This document shows, piece by piece, positions 1-12,884 of a stretch of DNA of 64,000 nt. This DNA comes from Callorhinchus milii (lineage: Eukaryota). The notes beneath the pieces were generated by a model. The model was not told where the DNA came from and searched no databases. It saw only the letters and a list, made by a program, of their open reading frames with translations. The translations under genes and the position numbers were made by a program. Numbering within the stretch: position 1 is the first letter of the stretch; every line of letters starts with the position of its first letter. The DNA is taken from positions 6,636,001 to 6,700,000 of the forward strand of contig NW_024704743.1 in assembly GCF_018977255.1 (NCBI RefSeq). Direction: 5' to 3'.

Positions 1-762
1 TTTACATACATACGAACATACAGATGAACAAGAATATGTGATATATGCCTCAACTGTAGGCATAAATGTGAATTAATATCTTGGAAATTCATCACTGTTT
101 TAGGAAATTTCGTGTTTTAGTGCTCTGAGATGCTCCCTCCCCAGCATGAAAGGCGCTATATGAATGTAAGTTGTTGATTCAAATGGAGACTAAAAATCAG
201 AAGCTGCAGCTACTAGCTTGTCACTATAAATTAATATCTCAAAGACGTGATAAGGCGCTAATATCAAATGCAAGGATTATTATTATTATTCAGTGTGTAG
301 TGATTTTTGGTTAGCTCTTAATCATAAATAGTACCTTTCTACAATTCAAAATCTGAGTAACTGCATACTTTTACTTCCTAAAGTTCACAATCCCTATTAT
401 TTAACTTCAATACGGATATCTAGATGTTGACTGAGCCAAACTCCCCTCAAATTGATTAATTATGTTATATCAATTCCTAATGTTTATGTAATTAAGGAAA
501 CATAATAACTAATACAGATAAATATCATTATCTAATAATGGATTTTTCCCTCAGGAACAATTTAACAAAAAACTCTCTTTCTCATATTAATCTAATTGTC
601 CTCATTTAACTAGCCACAATCGTTTTGACAAGAAAACCATATTATGATACACATAATCTGATTATTACAATCATATTATATTTATTATTATTATAATTTA
701 ATGTTGGTTTATACCTATGCAAACAAATACCTTCAAGCTAGATGTGTGCTTCACTAGATTTC

Positions 763-1128
763 ATAATAATCATCCTTGCATTTGATATATCACGTCTTCT
801 AGATGTCTCAAAACGCTTCACAGATTATACTGTAAAGTGAATTGACTGTATATTTTGTGGGTGAAACATGGCAGACAATTGCGCACAGGAGTGTCCCACA
901 AACAGTCGGGTTTAAGTGACCGAATTATTATTATTTTATTTATTTATACATATTTTCTTTAAAGGATTATTACTCCCAGAAAAGCGATCGGCAATCAACG
1001 GACAACCAGGGTCCTTCTTACTGCAAGGTAAACAAAAGCGTGTGGAGTAAAGAAACTTGACCAACGTTTCGCCCTGCCTGGGGATCGAATCCAGGTCCTC
1101 TCGCTTGCGAGGCGAGAGCTCTAACCAC
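763..1128 (-). mobile_element. tRNA-Ala DeuSINE, long subfamily
   Basis: Reverse complement of the 22556 family with an extra central segment. Confidence 0.88.
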
Positions 1129-1257
1129 ATTAATGCTTTTGTGCCCTATTCACACATTTATGACCTATAGTTTAGTTTGATAGGTGAATGATTTAAAAAT
1201 GTTGGTGGAGCCACATAAGCAAAGGCTAACACAAAGGTTGATATAATGATAAATAAT

Positions 1258-1505
1258 ATAATAATCCTTGCGTATCACATCTTATCATGTCTTTGAGATG
1301 TCTCAAAATGAATTGACTGTATATTTTGTGGGCGAAACGTACCAACCAATTGCACACAGCAGTGTCCCACGAACAGTCGTGGATTGAGTGACCAAATTAT
1401 TTTTGGCATGTGGAGTAAGAAAACTTGCCCAACATTTCGCCTTGCCAGGAATCGAACCCAGGTCCTCTCGATTGCAAGGCGAGTGCTCTAAGCTACAGGA
1501 CTCCG
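1258..1505 (-). mobile_element. tRNA-Ala DeuSINE
   Basis: Same family, with internal deletions. Confidence 0.88.
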
Positions 1506-1920
1506 TGTAACTTGGCAGTGAGTGAGTTGGCTCAGGGTTGCTACCACTCCAACCTCTAAAATAGTTATGGTCTGAATCAATGATTCTCAGTGCAGGTAAA
1601 TCAGTGCAGCTTTTCCATTTTCTTATAGTATTTTGTTTTGACTACACTATAGAGTACAAGTAAGTACTGCTTTCATTTTGAATATTCTGTGCACATGATT
1701 GAAAGCTGAAGAGCTGAATGAAGCCAACAGACATATGCTAAGCACAGGAAGAATGAAGCCCAAAAGAGCGCATAGGCACGTGAACTGCCATTTATTCTGC
1801 TTGACTCTGGAACAAGAAACGCTCATCTATGCAACTGTTGCTGTTCTAAAGTAAATTCATATCATATTTTAACAATATACATATATCTTACCGTATTATT
1901 ATTATACATCCTCATTTATG

Positions 1921-2280
1921 AGCTCAAAGCCTAAGTTGAAGTCCAGTGCAGCATTGGAGGAATGCTGTATTGTCTAAGGTGCAATCTTTCAGATGAGATG
2001 TTAAATCAAAGTTCCATCTGCCTATTCTTCAGGTGGATATTAAAGGTCCCAGGATACTATTCAAAAAGAGAGGTCCCAGGATACTATTCAAAAAGAGAAG
2101 AAAATTTCTCCCAGTGTCCTAGCCAATAATCCTGATTAATTGGTCACACACCGTGTGGCTGATTGTGAGACATTACTGTGTGCAAAACAGCTGCCCAGTT
2201 TGCCTACAAAAACAGTCACTACATTACTTGATAGTAATTAATATGAAGCAGCTAGGAGACATTTCAACGGTTCGGTATAT
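1921..2280 (+). mobile_element. Old DeuSINE (SacSINE1/AmnSINE1-like) with a 27-bp tandem duplication at 2044-2097
   Basis: TCTTTCAGATGAGATGTTAAA...CAGGTGGATATTAAA...CAGTGTCCTAGCCAA resembles the recalled Deu domain. Confidence 0.75.
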
Positions 2281-2369
2281 TAAAATGATTTTTCATTGGC
2301 ATCGAACGCAGCTGCTTTTGAAATGTACATATTACCACCCACCAATCCCTCAAACAGCTTCACTATGAA

Positions 2370-3066
2370 ACCCCACCCTACTCTGTAACCTTACCTACAT
2401 ACTAACTCCACCTCTTCCGCTCGGTGAGCCTGCTTCATGTCCCCCGCCCTACTTGCCCCACCATTGGTCAGGCTTTCAGTTTATCTGCCCCCACTTTCTG
2501 GAACTCTATCCAGCAGTCCCTATGACTCACCCCTTTCCTTGCCTCCTTCAACGTCCACCTCAAGATCTTTCTCTTTGACCATGACCGCCCTACCATCGGT
2601 GGTCGGGCCTTCAGCCTCTCAGCCCCCAGGCTCTGGAACTCCATCCCCCAGTGCCTTCGCCGCTTCCTCCCTTTCCTCCTTCAAGGCCGGTCTCAAAACC
2701 TTTCTCTTTGACCGTGCCTTCAGCTCCCCTCTCGACTCTCTTCCCCCTCCTCGCTCCCTCCCTTCCCTCCCCTCACCCTGACCATTTCCCCCCTCCTCTC
2801 TCCCTCCCTTCCCTCCCCTCACCCTGACCATTTCCCCCCTGCTCGGGTCATGACCCAACTGTGCAGCGCCTTGGGACGTCCTCCTGACGTGAAAGGCGCT
2901 TTATAAATGGAATCTTGTTGTTGTTGTTGTTGTTGATGACCTTTCACCCCCTCCACCCTCCTCGGCTCCCACCCCTAGCTTGGGTAGTACAAGCCCTGGA
3001 CTTTCCAGTGCCTTGGGACATCTTCCCGGCCTGAAAGGCCCTATATAAATGTAAATTTGTTGTTGT
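2370..3066 (+). mobile_element. Nested L2 LINE 3' ends
   Basis: SFKAGLKTFLFDRAF C-terminus, C-rich UTR and GGGACGTCCTCCTGACGTGAAAGGCGC...(GTT)n tail. Confidence 0.88.
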
Positions 3067-3220
3067 ATATCAAGTAGGAATCTTCCTTTATTTCTCTCTC
3101 TCTCTGTTTCTTTCGTTCCTTCTTTCTTTTATCCCGGTTTCCTTTTGTAGATCTATGGTACATCTGTGACATACTGAAATAGTGTCGAATAAAAAGCTAT
3201 ATTTTTTCTGATCACTTCTA

Positions 3221-4472
3221 CAGTTCTGATCACTTCTACAGCTACTGGTGTTCCATAGACAGCTTTCAATCTTTATGCGCAATATTCTTTTGATATATAG
3301 TTTTAATTTCACTCTCTGCATTTAGTTTTAATAAATGCAGTAACGAGCACAAATTGTGCTCCAGCAGTTACATTGCTGATATTGAACACCCATGGTTTGT
3401 GAAATTTCATAAACTGCAAGATGTATTAAGTGTGCTTTAACAAATTGAAGGAGCCTATATCTTACAACACAATCATCATAAAACTGTGGCTGTGACTACC
3501 TTTAAGAACACAAAATGTCTCGGCCCACTTGAATTGTGTTTTTGTAAGAAACATTGGAATGACATTCTTGCTGCTAAAAATTGGCACTTGTTCAAAGTAA
3601 TAATAAATCAAATGAGCACCTTCATACCTAAATCATAGTAGTCAATATTATAATGAGTTCATTATGATCCTTTATTATTGTAATTGGTCTAGAGCTTTGC
3701 ATATCACTACTGCAAACCATCTTGCAGATGTTCACTGAATAGCAAAGTCAGGCAGTCAGACAAGAACCTCTGCAGTTACAGGTGAGTCTTGATCGTCGTC
3801 TCTTGTCCTTCTATTCACCAGATTGTCTGATTAATTGATGAATTTCCCAGGTCCTTAATAAATGAGTGAATTCTCATAAAGCCAATTGGAAAGGTTTGTC
3901 TCCTATGGATGTGTTCCAAATGCCCCAAAAGTGTTCTTTGTGTTCATATCAGATAGCATGCAGCCCTGCCTGAAATCAATATGATGAAGGACTGATTCTT
4001 GAACACACAACATAAATGGATCCAGTTCTGATCACTTCTACAGCTACTGGTGTTCCATAGACAGCTTTCAATCTTTATGCGTAATATTCATTTGATATAT
4101 ATTTTTAACTTCACTCTCTGCATTCAGTTTTAATAAATGCAGTAACGAGCACAAATTGTGCTCCAGCAGTTACATTGCTGATATTGAACACCCATAGTTT
4201 GTGGAATTTCATAAACTGCAAGATGTATTAAGTGTGCTTTAACAAATTGAAGGAGCCTATATCTTACAACACAATCATCATAAAACTGTGGCTGTGACTA
4301 CCTTTAAGAACACAAAATGTCTCGGCCCACTTGAATTGTGTTTTTGTAAGAAACATTGGAATGACATTCTTGCTGCTAAAAATTGGCACTTGTTCAAAGT
4401 AATAATAAATCAAATGAGCACCTTCATACCTAAATCATAGTAGTCAATATTATAATGAGTTAATTATGATCC
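3221..4472. repeat. 450-bp direct repeat pair (3221-3670 and 4023-4472)
   Basis: Copies offset by 802 bp; 8 substitutions counted by eye. Confidence 0.95.
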
Positions 4473-4681
4473 AACCTAAATTAGGAAGCCCTAGCAGGGT
4501 AGATGAGCAAATAGTTCAAGGGTGGGTTAAGTCCGTAGATCCATGCAGAAAATTGTCAATGAGATGCTGGGATTTATTATAGGAAGAGTGGAATATAAAC
4601 GGATGTGCTGCTCCAGTTCAGACCTCAATTGGCATATTGTGTTCAGTTTTGAACATCCAATGTTAAGAAGGATATATAATA

Positions 4682-4991
4682 AATAATAATTCTTGCATTT
4701 GCTGTCGCGCTTTTCACGACTTCTAGACGTCTCAAAGCGCTTCACAGAATAATCTGTAAAGTGAATTGACTATATATTTGTGGGTGAAACATGGCAGTCA
4801 ATTGCGCACAGCAGAGTCCCACAAACAATCATGGATTGAAGAGACCAATTTATTATTGTTTTTTTTCTTGAGGGATTATTATCAGGCGTGTGGAGTAGGG
4901 AAACTTGCCAAAGTTTTGCCCTGCCAGGAATTGAACCCAGGTCTCTCGCTTGCAAGGCGAGTGCTCTAACCACTGAGCTACAGGACTCCAC
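4682..4991 (-). mobile_element. Full-length tRNA-Ala DeuSINE inserted in an old CR1 fragment (about 4490-5300)
   Basis: Family match; flanks carry CR1 RPQLxYCVQF-like sequence. Confidence 0.9.
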
Positions 4992-5382
4992 ATACTGTAA
5001 TAGACCTGGAAGGTGTCCAGTTATGGTTCACTGGATTAACACTTAGGCTAAAGGGCCTTAACCATAATAAGAGCCTGGGTAGTCTGGGGTTATATTTCTG
5101 TAAAGTGGACAAATCCATTGGTAGAGGAATTCTGGAGCTAGGCCTTTGTGGTCCTCAATATTTCAGAGCACTGCTGATCAAATGGCACGACACTGGGATT
5201 AAAACATCTAATAATAATGATCCTTGCATTTGATAAACTGATCGAATAGGTTTGATGAACTGAAATGGCCTCCTCCGGTTTCTGTTTTCCTACATTCCTA
5301 TGCACTGTGTTCAGCTTATTTGATACTTTATGATAGCCTTCCTACAACAGAGAATTCTTTGAAAAACTAATATCTTTGTTAA

Positions 5383-5610
5383 CAAAACGCAAAATACTGC
5401 AAATGCTGGAAATATGAAACAAAAACAGAAGTAGCTGGGAACGCTCAGCCGGTCAGGCAGCATCTATGGAGGAAGGAAAGTGAGTCAACATTTTGGGTCC
5501 TCGAAGGGTTCTGACGAAAGGTCATGGACCCAAAACGTTCACTCACTTTCCTTTCTCCATAGATGCTGCCTGACATGCTGAGTGTTCCCACCGACTTCTG
5601 TCTTTGTTTT
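5383..5610. mobile_element. Penelope-type palindromic element with 15-bp TSD
   Basis: Inverted arms 5417-5500 and 5526-5610. TAATATCTTTGTTAA at both 5368-5382 and 5611-5625. Sequence resembles the recalled shark Penelope terminal palindrome. Confidence 0.8.
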
Positions 5611-7614
5611 TAATATCTTTGTTAATATTATTTACTTTGCCTCTGGACGTTAACAATCCACCCCATCCCATTGTGTTGTATATAGATTCGTATTCTGATT
5701 AGTCAAGGATTAAACCAATAACAATAATAATAGTAAACCTTACATTTAATATCATGTCTTTTGCGATAAGAGTACATTTCAAAGCATTTCACAGGATTTA
5801 CTGTAAAGTGCATTGACTGTATTTTGTAGGGGAATGTTTAGTCTGATCCAACTTAAAACAATGTACAGCATTTCATCTATTGTAATTTGTTATACTTTAT
5901 CTTCATTTTCTCCTGTTTCACCATTAAGACTCCCTCCCCTACTCTTCCCAATACATCTACACATTTACTCCCTAGTATAACCATAGATATTTCTGGGGTA
6001 TCATGGAGGGCTACAGAACCCAATTCATGTATTTAAATTGTCACAACCTAGATCAAATTAAATAATGTTGAAATTTTTTTTNAAATCAATGATACTCGGG
6101 ATTCTGCTCCAAATTAACAAGCAAGGGAAGATGTTGCTTTTTGCTTTTAAGCCTTGTAATCTCACACTTAAACAGCCTAAATTTTTGATCTATAGAAAAC
6201 CAATTTATTCTAATTATTTTGCCATGAACATATATGATAATAAAGTTATGAAATAAAATAGAGAAAGCTATTGAAACAATTGGTATAAATATTTTCATAA
6301 GAAGTTTGGAGAAAGAAAAAAATGAGAGATTGGTATTCAGATGAAGTTGAGATAATTAAAAAAAAGCGATGGACATTTTGAGCCAAATTTTGCTGTGAAT
6401 TTTCCTGTGCTCCTAATCTACTTCACACTAACATTCATATAAAGGATTTGTGACATGGAAAAAAAACTCATAAATCTGGAATTTGCATACATGTGAGATG
6501 CATACAAGTAGGCTTAACTGTACTAAAATAAGCCTATTGGTCTCTAAATTACACCATGACTAATTCTGGGAAAATATTTCCAACCAGGCTCCATTTCACT
6601 TGCTGGAGGGATTTTAAGAATCTTAAACATCTCAACATTCATATTCACCTCATGTCAGACTACAAATTTCAAAAGTTCGATCCGTTAATGAAATCTGTAA
6701 TTTATTTATCAAATAAATGACTGACCAAATGCTATACTATCAAACAGGTTTTTCCACACACTAATGTAGGTTTTGTATTACTACAGATGTTTGAATCCTT
6801 TCATCCAAAATTCCTGGATGACTAGGTAACACAGTCTAGAATACTTCCTCTGAAGACTCAGCCTGAACTTTTGTCTACTGCACAATATTCACATATGAAA
6901 AATCATACATCAGTGTGAAGATATGATACTTTCATCCATAAGCAAGTACATACAAAATGAAAATGGTCAAACTATGCATTCTTTTAAGAACAAGAAATTG
7001 GAATTTGCATTAATATGATGCTTGTGCAAATTTTTACACATATATATTCAATGTCATAACTGGGCAAAGACATACAAAGGTAAATAAATGAAAAAGGTGT
7101 TGAGAAACCTGGCCAAAGGCATACAGCCCAAGAACTGCTAAGATAAATATCCTCTTTGGATTTAACTGCGTAGAAGCATGAAAGATATCCATTTGGCAAA
7201 TGGTGTGACTTAAATTGACAAGAGTCAAATTTGTTTTCACCTGTTAGTATATACTGAGAAAGTTTTAGTCAACAATAAATATGCTAAAAATGTCAATCTT
7301 GATTTCTCAACACCAAATTATGAAAACAAGGGAACATTACATCACCATTTAAATGTTCACATATCTGCTGTTCTTTCCACAAACCAGTAGTACATGTTAA
7401 AAAAAAATTGCTGATACATTTTGTAGTTATAAAACCACTGTGACTAATATTGTCTTGTATCAACAAAATAAAGATGTTATTGAGTAGCTATTGAATAATC
7501 TCCCTGTACTATTGCATAATAAATTACAGGCTATAAATCACAAATATTCAATCCAGAAAAACCTGGAAACACACCACCACACATATTACCTAGACTAGTT
7601 TGAATTTTCGGGGA

Positions 7615-7667
7615 GCAACTTCTTGATGGCCACTTCCGGCCCGCGGGCTATGGGTTGGCCACCACTG
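7615..7667 (+). mobile_element. hAT/Charlie-like terminal fragment
   Basis: CCGGCCCGCGGGCTATGGGTTGGCCACCACTG followed by ATATAG resembles recalled Charlie-type ends. Confidence 0.5.
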
Positions 7668-8004
7668 ATATAGGCATTCAGATGTTAAATAATTTCTATG
7701 TCAGGCTGATTCAGGTGGACACACAGGTGCAGTACTGGGGTGTGCTGCATTATTTGAGACAATGTCCTTTGGTTGAGGTCCTGTCTACCTGTTCAGGTGT
7801 ATATTTAAGACCCCATGCCGTACTCCCTCCCCTACCCTTCCAATCCCCTCTTCCACATGTGAAGTTCTAGCTTCCTCTTGAATGCATCTACACTATCTGA
7901 TTCAATCATCGCTTCAGGCAGCATGTTCCACAATCTCACTAACCTCTGTATAAAGTAGTTCTTGCTAAATTCTCTTTTAGATTCCGTATTCACCATGTTA
8001 TAAA

Positions 8005-8371
8005 AATAATAATCCTCGCATTTGATACAGTGCCTTATCGCGTCTCAAAGTGTTTGACAGAATATACTGTAAAGTGAATTGACTGTATATTTTGTGGGCA
8101 AAATGCGGCAACCAATTGCGCACAGCAGTGTCCCACAAACAGTCATGGATTGAGTGACCAAATTATTATTTTACATATTTTTTTGAGGGGATTATTACCC
8201 CTGGAAAAGTGATCTGCCAATTGACGATAACAACCGGGTTCCTACTTACTGCTAGGTGAACAGAGGCGGGTGGAGTAAGGAAATTTGCCCAACGTTTCGC
8301 CTGCTGGGAATAGAATCCAGGTCCTCTTGCTTGCGAGGGAGGGCCCTAACCACTAAGCTACAGGACTCCAC
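8005..8371 (-). mobile_element. Full-length tRNA-Ala DeuSINE, long subfamily
   Basis: Family match. Confidence 0.9.
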
Positions 8372-8404
8372 TGTTATACATGTGTCCCCTGATTACGGAC
8401 TCCC

Positions 8405-8910
8405 CAACCAACAACAACACGTTACATTGAGATGCGGGCAAGGATGTGGTGTGATAGGGTCACAGAGCCTGGTGCGGGAGAGGACATGGCCTGCAGAGTT
8501 CTAGATGATCTGCAGCCTGTGGAGGGAGGAGTTGGGGAGGCTGACAAACTGTGGGCAGCACGGAAACCAAATTAAAGAGGTTCGTAGAAGGAATGACAGG
8601 AGAGGAAAGAGTGAAGCTGGGATGCGACGACTCGTTCCAGTGCCTTGGAGAAGAAAGGGAGGTGTGAGATGGGGCAATAGCTGGAGAGTAGTGATGGGTT
8701 TAGGGAAATTTTTTTGAGAATGGAGGTAATGACAGTTGTTTTTAGGGGGGTGGGAACAGTGCCAGTGGATAAGGAGAAGTTGATGATGTCGGTTAAAAGA
8801 AGGGCCAGGAGGTAGAGATGCGAGCTAAGGAGAGGGGTGGGGATGGGGTTGAGGGAGCAGGTGGTGGGCTTTATTTTTGAGATGATGGAGGTAAGGGAAG
8901 AGGGACCTAT
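8405..8910 (-). mobile_element. L2 LINE fragments
   Basis: Minus-strand LHRLQIIxNSAGHVL-like coding sequence. Confidence 0.75.
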
Positions 8911-9094
8911 GAAAATCAGCCCTAACCAGTGAAAACAACAACAACAAATTGCATTTATATAACAAACAGACCTATTTATGCAAATGTTTTATCCCTTTTT
9001 TAAATTTGAATCACCTCTACCTCTATATCAAACGCAAGGATTCTTCTCATTATTATTATTGAAGAAAATATTAAAAATACAAAGCCATTCCTTC

Positions 9095-9460
9095 AAACCT
9101 TTAAATCCCTCAATGGTCTTGCTCCACCGTGCCTCCATGACCTCCTCAAACCCTACCAACCCAGTTGCTCCCTCCGCTCAGCAGCCTTCTTCATGCTCAC
9201 CGCCCTACCATCAGCGATCAGGCTTTCAGCATATCTGCCCGCACTCTCTGGAACTCCATCCCAGAGTTCTTTTGACTTTCCCCTCCCCTCATCTCCTTCA
9301 AGGTCCACCTCAAGATCTTTCTCTTTGACTACTCTTTTGGCCACCTTCCTCTCCCTCCACACCCAGCTCCGATGCAAACCTTAAACTGTGCGATGCCTTG
9401 GGACATCTTCCCAATGTGAAAGGCGCTTTATAATTGTAAATTTGTATTGTATTGTATTGA
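9095..9460 (+). mobile_element. L2 LINE 3' end
   Basis: Same tail as the 2370 cluster. Confidence 0.85.
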
Positions 9461-12343
9461 CTTAGAATTAAATACTAATCCTATAGCTTGGGGAGCTTTT
9501 GTAACATTCCTGAACAAAATCTACAAGTATACTAGCCAGGAATTTTGTGAAGTGCTTCGAGACATATCAATTTTACGGGTGCTATAACAAATTATTGTGT
9601 CAATACAAAAAATTGCTTGTCATTTGATAGGTGATCCGAGCCTCAACTGTAGCCTTCATCTTCTCTCCATTTCAACCTTTCTTGTCATCCTATTTTACCG
9701 ATACTCCTACAGTCTTTGCTGTTTTGAACTTTTCTTAATTGTTCCAAATATGTTACTCTAAAAAATGTTCTCCTTCTTGTATCCGAACTATGTTGAAATA
9801 AAAACTTACCATTGTACAGTGAAATTGACATTTATACGTAAATTACACAACTGAATGAAATGTTCAGGCCAGTTCAATGGCTGCCACAAATGGCTGTGTG
9901 TCAAACTGTTTTCACAAAATTGAGGTTAATTGGTTATCAACCAGTTAAGCACAACAATGTGATAAAAATGTGATGACAATCACCAGTGATAATTATGAGA
10001 ATGTTGTCATTTTCACAACACAGTTTTAAAGGACAGGTTCCCATGCTCTGCACAACACAATATACATCATCAGACAGGAACCAGAAATGAGACAAGGGAG
10101 TAAATGGTATACTCTTTGTACATGTTTAACTGCAATGTATTTGTAATTTGTTGGGATACTGCAAATCAAATAAAACATTAGAAACATGTGATGAATGGAG
10201 GGCTGTGTACGTATACCAAAAGCATTTAATTGGCTGCCGTGGTTCACCCACAAAATATGTAGACAATTCATTTGACAGTATATTCTGTGAAGTGCTTTGA
10301 GATGTCTCGAAGACTTGATAAGGCACTAAATCAAATGCAAGGATTATTATTATTATCCATTCGCCATAACAGTAATTAATAAATAAATATAACTAAATAA
10401 ACATTAGTAAATAACTATAGTATTGGTTCTGGACACTGCATGTAGAAATCTTTGACCCACATCAAAAGAAGAGCACACAAGTACATTTCAAAGCCTGAAT
10501 ATATTCGGTCTCAAATTAAAAGAAAATCTTTGTTTTCATATTATGGTCAGATTTTTCAATCTGATAAAGACTATAATTATTCCCTGTTGAATTCTAAAAC
10601 AAACCAGAGACCAGGCTTTTGGTATCCTTCCAGAAAGTCTTTGCAAACATCTGCAGACCACATCATTGCTGCAAACCTGTTTTTTGTAATATTTTATTTA
10701 GCTGCTGTGCTCCCCAGCTGTTCAGCTCCAGGAGTTCTGACTGCCTGTCTTGTTATTCAGTAAATATAGCATGCTCATTAGTTCACTGAATCTGCATTAA
10801 AATAGTTTTACCTAATCAACACATAATCTCTGAATTTCTTTGAAAACTATTAATTTTCTTGCCAATTACAAGTGATATTGCCGAATTAGGCAATTGGCAT
10901 TTTGCTTGTAAAACAAACGTCTTGTGGTTAACCAGATCTTGACTCTATTCAGGCACCAAGAAACTACAACCCTAAATATTTTACATTAAACGATTATTAT
11001 GCAGGTGTGCAACATATGCAGCAGAAATGACTTTAGTGGTGACATACTGCATGATACATATTCCTAGAGCACAAAGGCATAGCTTTAAACTTTTGTTAAC
11101 TTAAAGAAACAAAGTGCTTCATGCTCACATTCTTAAAACTGAACTCAATTTCTGTTACTAAAACATATGTTGTTATATGAGTATATTGTGTAATTCAAAT
11201 ACCAGATTATTTTCCTGCGATGGTGTATTGTTGTACTGAACGCTAAATAATTTCAGTTAATAATTACGGGAAAATAAGTTTTAATTCATATGTCTTGATT
11301 TAAATTTTGTCTTGATTTGAATTGGACATTTATTGATACTTGTCAGATTCATTTCCATAATGGTATATTCTTAACTGTAATACATTATAGGCTATGTGGA
11401 TATTAAGCGCATCAAGAATAAACAAATACGAGTTGTTGATCAATTCTTAATCATTTCTGGTGGTCAGCTATCAACTGCACATGCATTGTTGCATATATTT
11501 TGTATCACTTCCACTTCACAAGGTCATAAGTGAGCTTCAGATAATTGAGCTTCAGGCCCTTTTTGTCTATTTGATCTCTTTCTTCCAGAACACTCAGCTA
11601 CTGGTGCTATATCAAATTATTATTTGATCTAGAGAGGTTATTCTAGATCGCGCTTTCAGTCATCTTTCCCCTGCCCACCCCTTTGGCTTCCACCCAAAGC
11701 TTGGGTGCCGTGCTGGCATTGTCAAGTAGTTTGAGATGCCTTCCTGACATAAAAGACTCACTTGGAGTCACAAATTTATGGAGGAATATTATTATTTTAT
11801 TGTGATGTTGTTCATTACTTTGTCCAAGTTGCTATTCTTCACGTGTGTACCTGAATAATGGTTATTTGTAGACTGTTTACTGTTGAAGGGATTCAAAATT
11901 TAACTTGACTTTTATAGTTCCATCAGAAGTTACTGATAAGTGTATACGTGTAAATTGCATTGTAAAATTGTGTTGCATCTGAACAGGCAGACAGGGTACT
12001 TCAATTTAAACTTATCTAAAGAACAGCACTTGCAACAATGCAGTACAACCCCAGCACTGCGTTAGAGTGCCAGCCTTGTGTTGGAAGACTGAACTGTGAG
12101 TTCACCTGCAGAATGAAGCTGTGATGTCAAAGTCTGAATGTGGGGCTTGAATCCACAATCTTGTGACTCAGAGTCGTCAGTGCGAGCTGTCAGCTAAGCC
12201 AGGCTGACACCTAATATGGGAGCGTTGTCCGATAAACTTGTAATTATCAGGTTTTGATGGAAATATCAGTACTTAACACAAAAAAGAAACTGAAGATCTG
12301 AGAAATGGGTTTAACAATGAAGAAACTCTGGACATGTCCTTAC

Positions 12344-12488
12344 CTTGAGGTATTTAACCAACTTCTGCATCTGCCAGTACTCAGAAGGCAAATCAGTGTT
12401 GGATTCATGAGATCTATCAATTTGTTCTTCCTCTTCATCACTCTCTGAAGAAGTTTCACTTAACTCTTCGGACCATCCAATAGAAGTG
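12344..12488 (-). CDS. ODAD2: ODAD2 coding exon 9 (last exon found; armadillo-repeat exons lie beyond the window start)
   Basis: gttgtag acceptor, gtaagg donor, 145 nt. [48 protein letters not shown] matches recalled SSSESEEDEE...[17 protein letters not shown]. Phase 2 to 0. Confidence 0.96.
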
Positions 12489-12740
12489 CTACAACAATAT
12501 ATTGGTCCAAAAACAAATAAACATGTAAATTGGTCACTATCAGTATACTAATCGTATCTGTAGATTATTATTTAATGTTAAAATAGATATGCCATATTGA
12601 TACATTACAATAAACGGTATTGCACAGATTTGAGGTACTTGCATCAATCTATTTTCAGCCTCTACTGCCGATTAAACAGAAACACAATTAAGATTTAGAA
12701 GCTGAAAGTTAGAACTATTGATTTAAAAGTTAATACTCAC

Positions 12741-12884
12741 GATTTGTTTGCTGAATACTTTCTAATAAATAGTGATCCATGTAAACTTGACCTTTTTCTC
12801 AAATGTTCAATTGTCTTGGTCCCCTCACTTCCTTTATCCTGCTTCATCTTGGTATTGCTCTGACCCTTCATTTGTAGATTTGGT
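12741..12884 (-). CDS. ODAD2: ODAD2 coding exon 8 (divergent linker)
   Basis: Poly-T...gaaaag acceptor, gtgagt donor, 144 nt open frame PNLQMKGQSNTKMKQDKGSEGTKTIEHLRKRSSLHGSLFIRKYSANKS. Phase 2 to 2. Confidence 0.8.

Noticed and set aside
3221..4472. LTR/TRIM retrotransposon
   Set aside because: No TG..CA termini, PBS, PPT or TSD seen.
1..12343. Next ODAD2 exon (GGNQTATVIALC...)
   Set aside because: Not found on reading the minus strand; presumed to lie outside the window.
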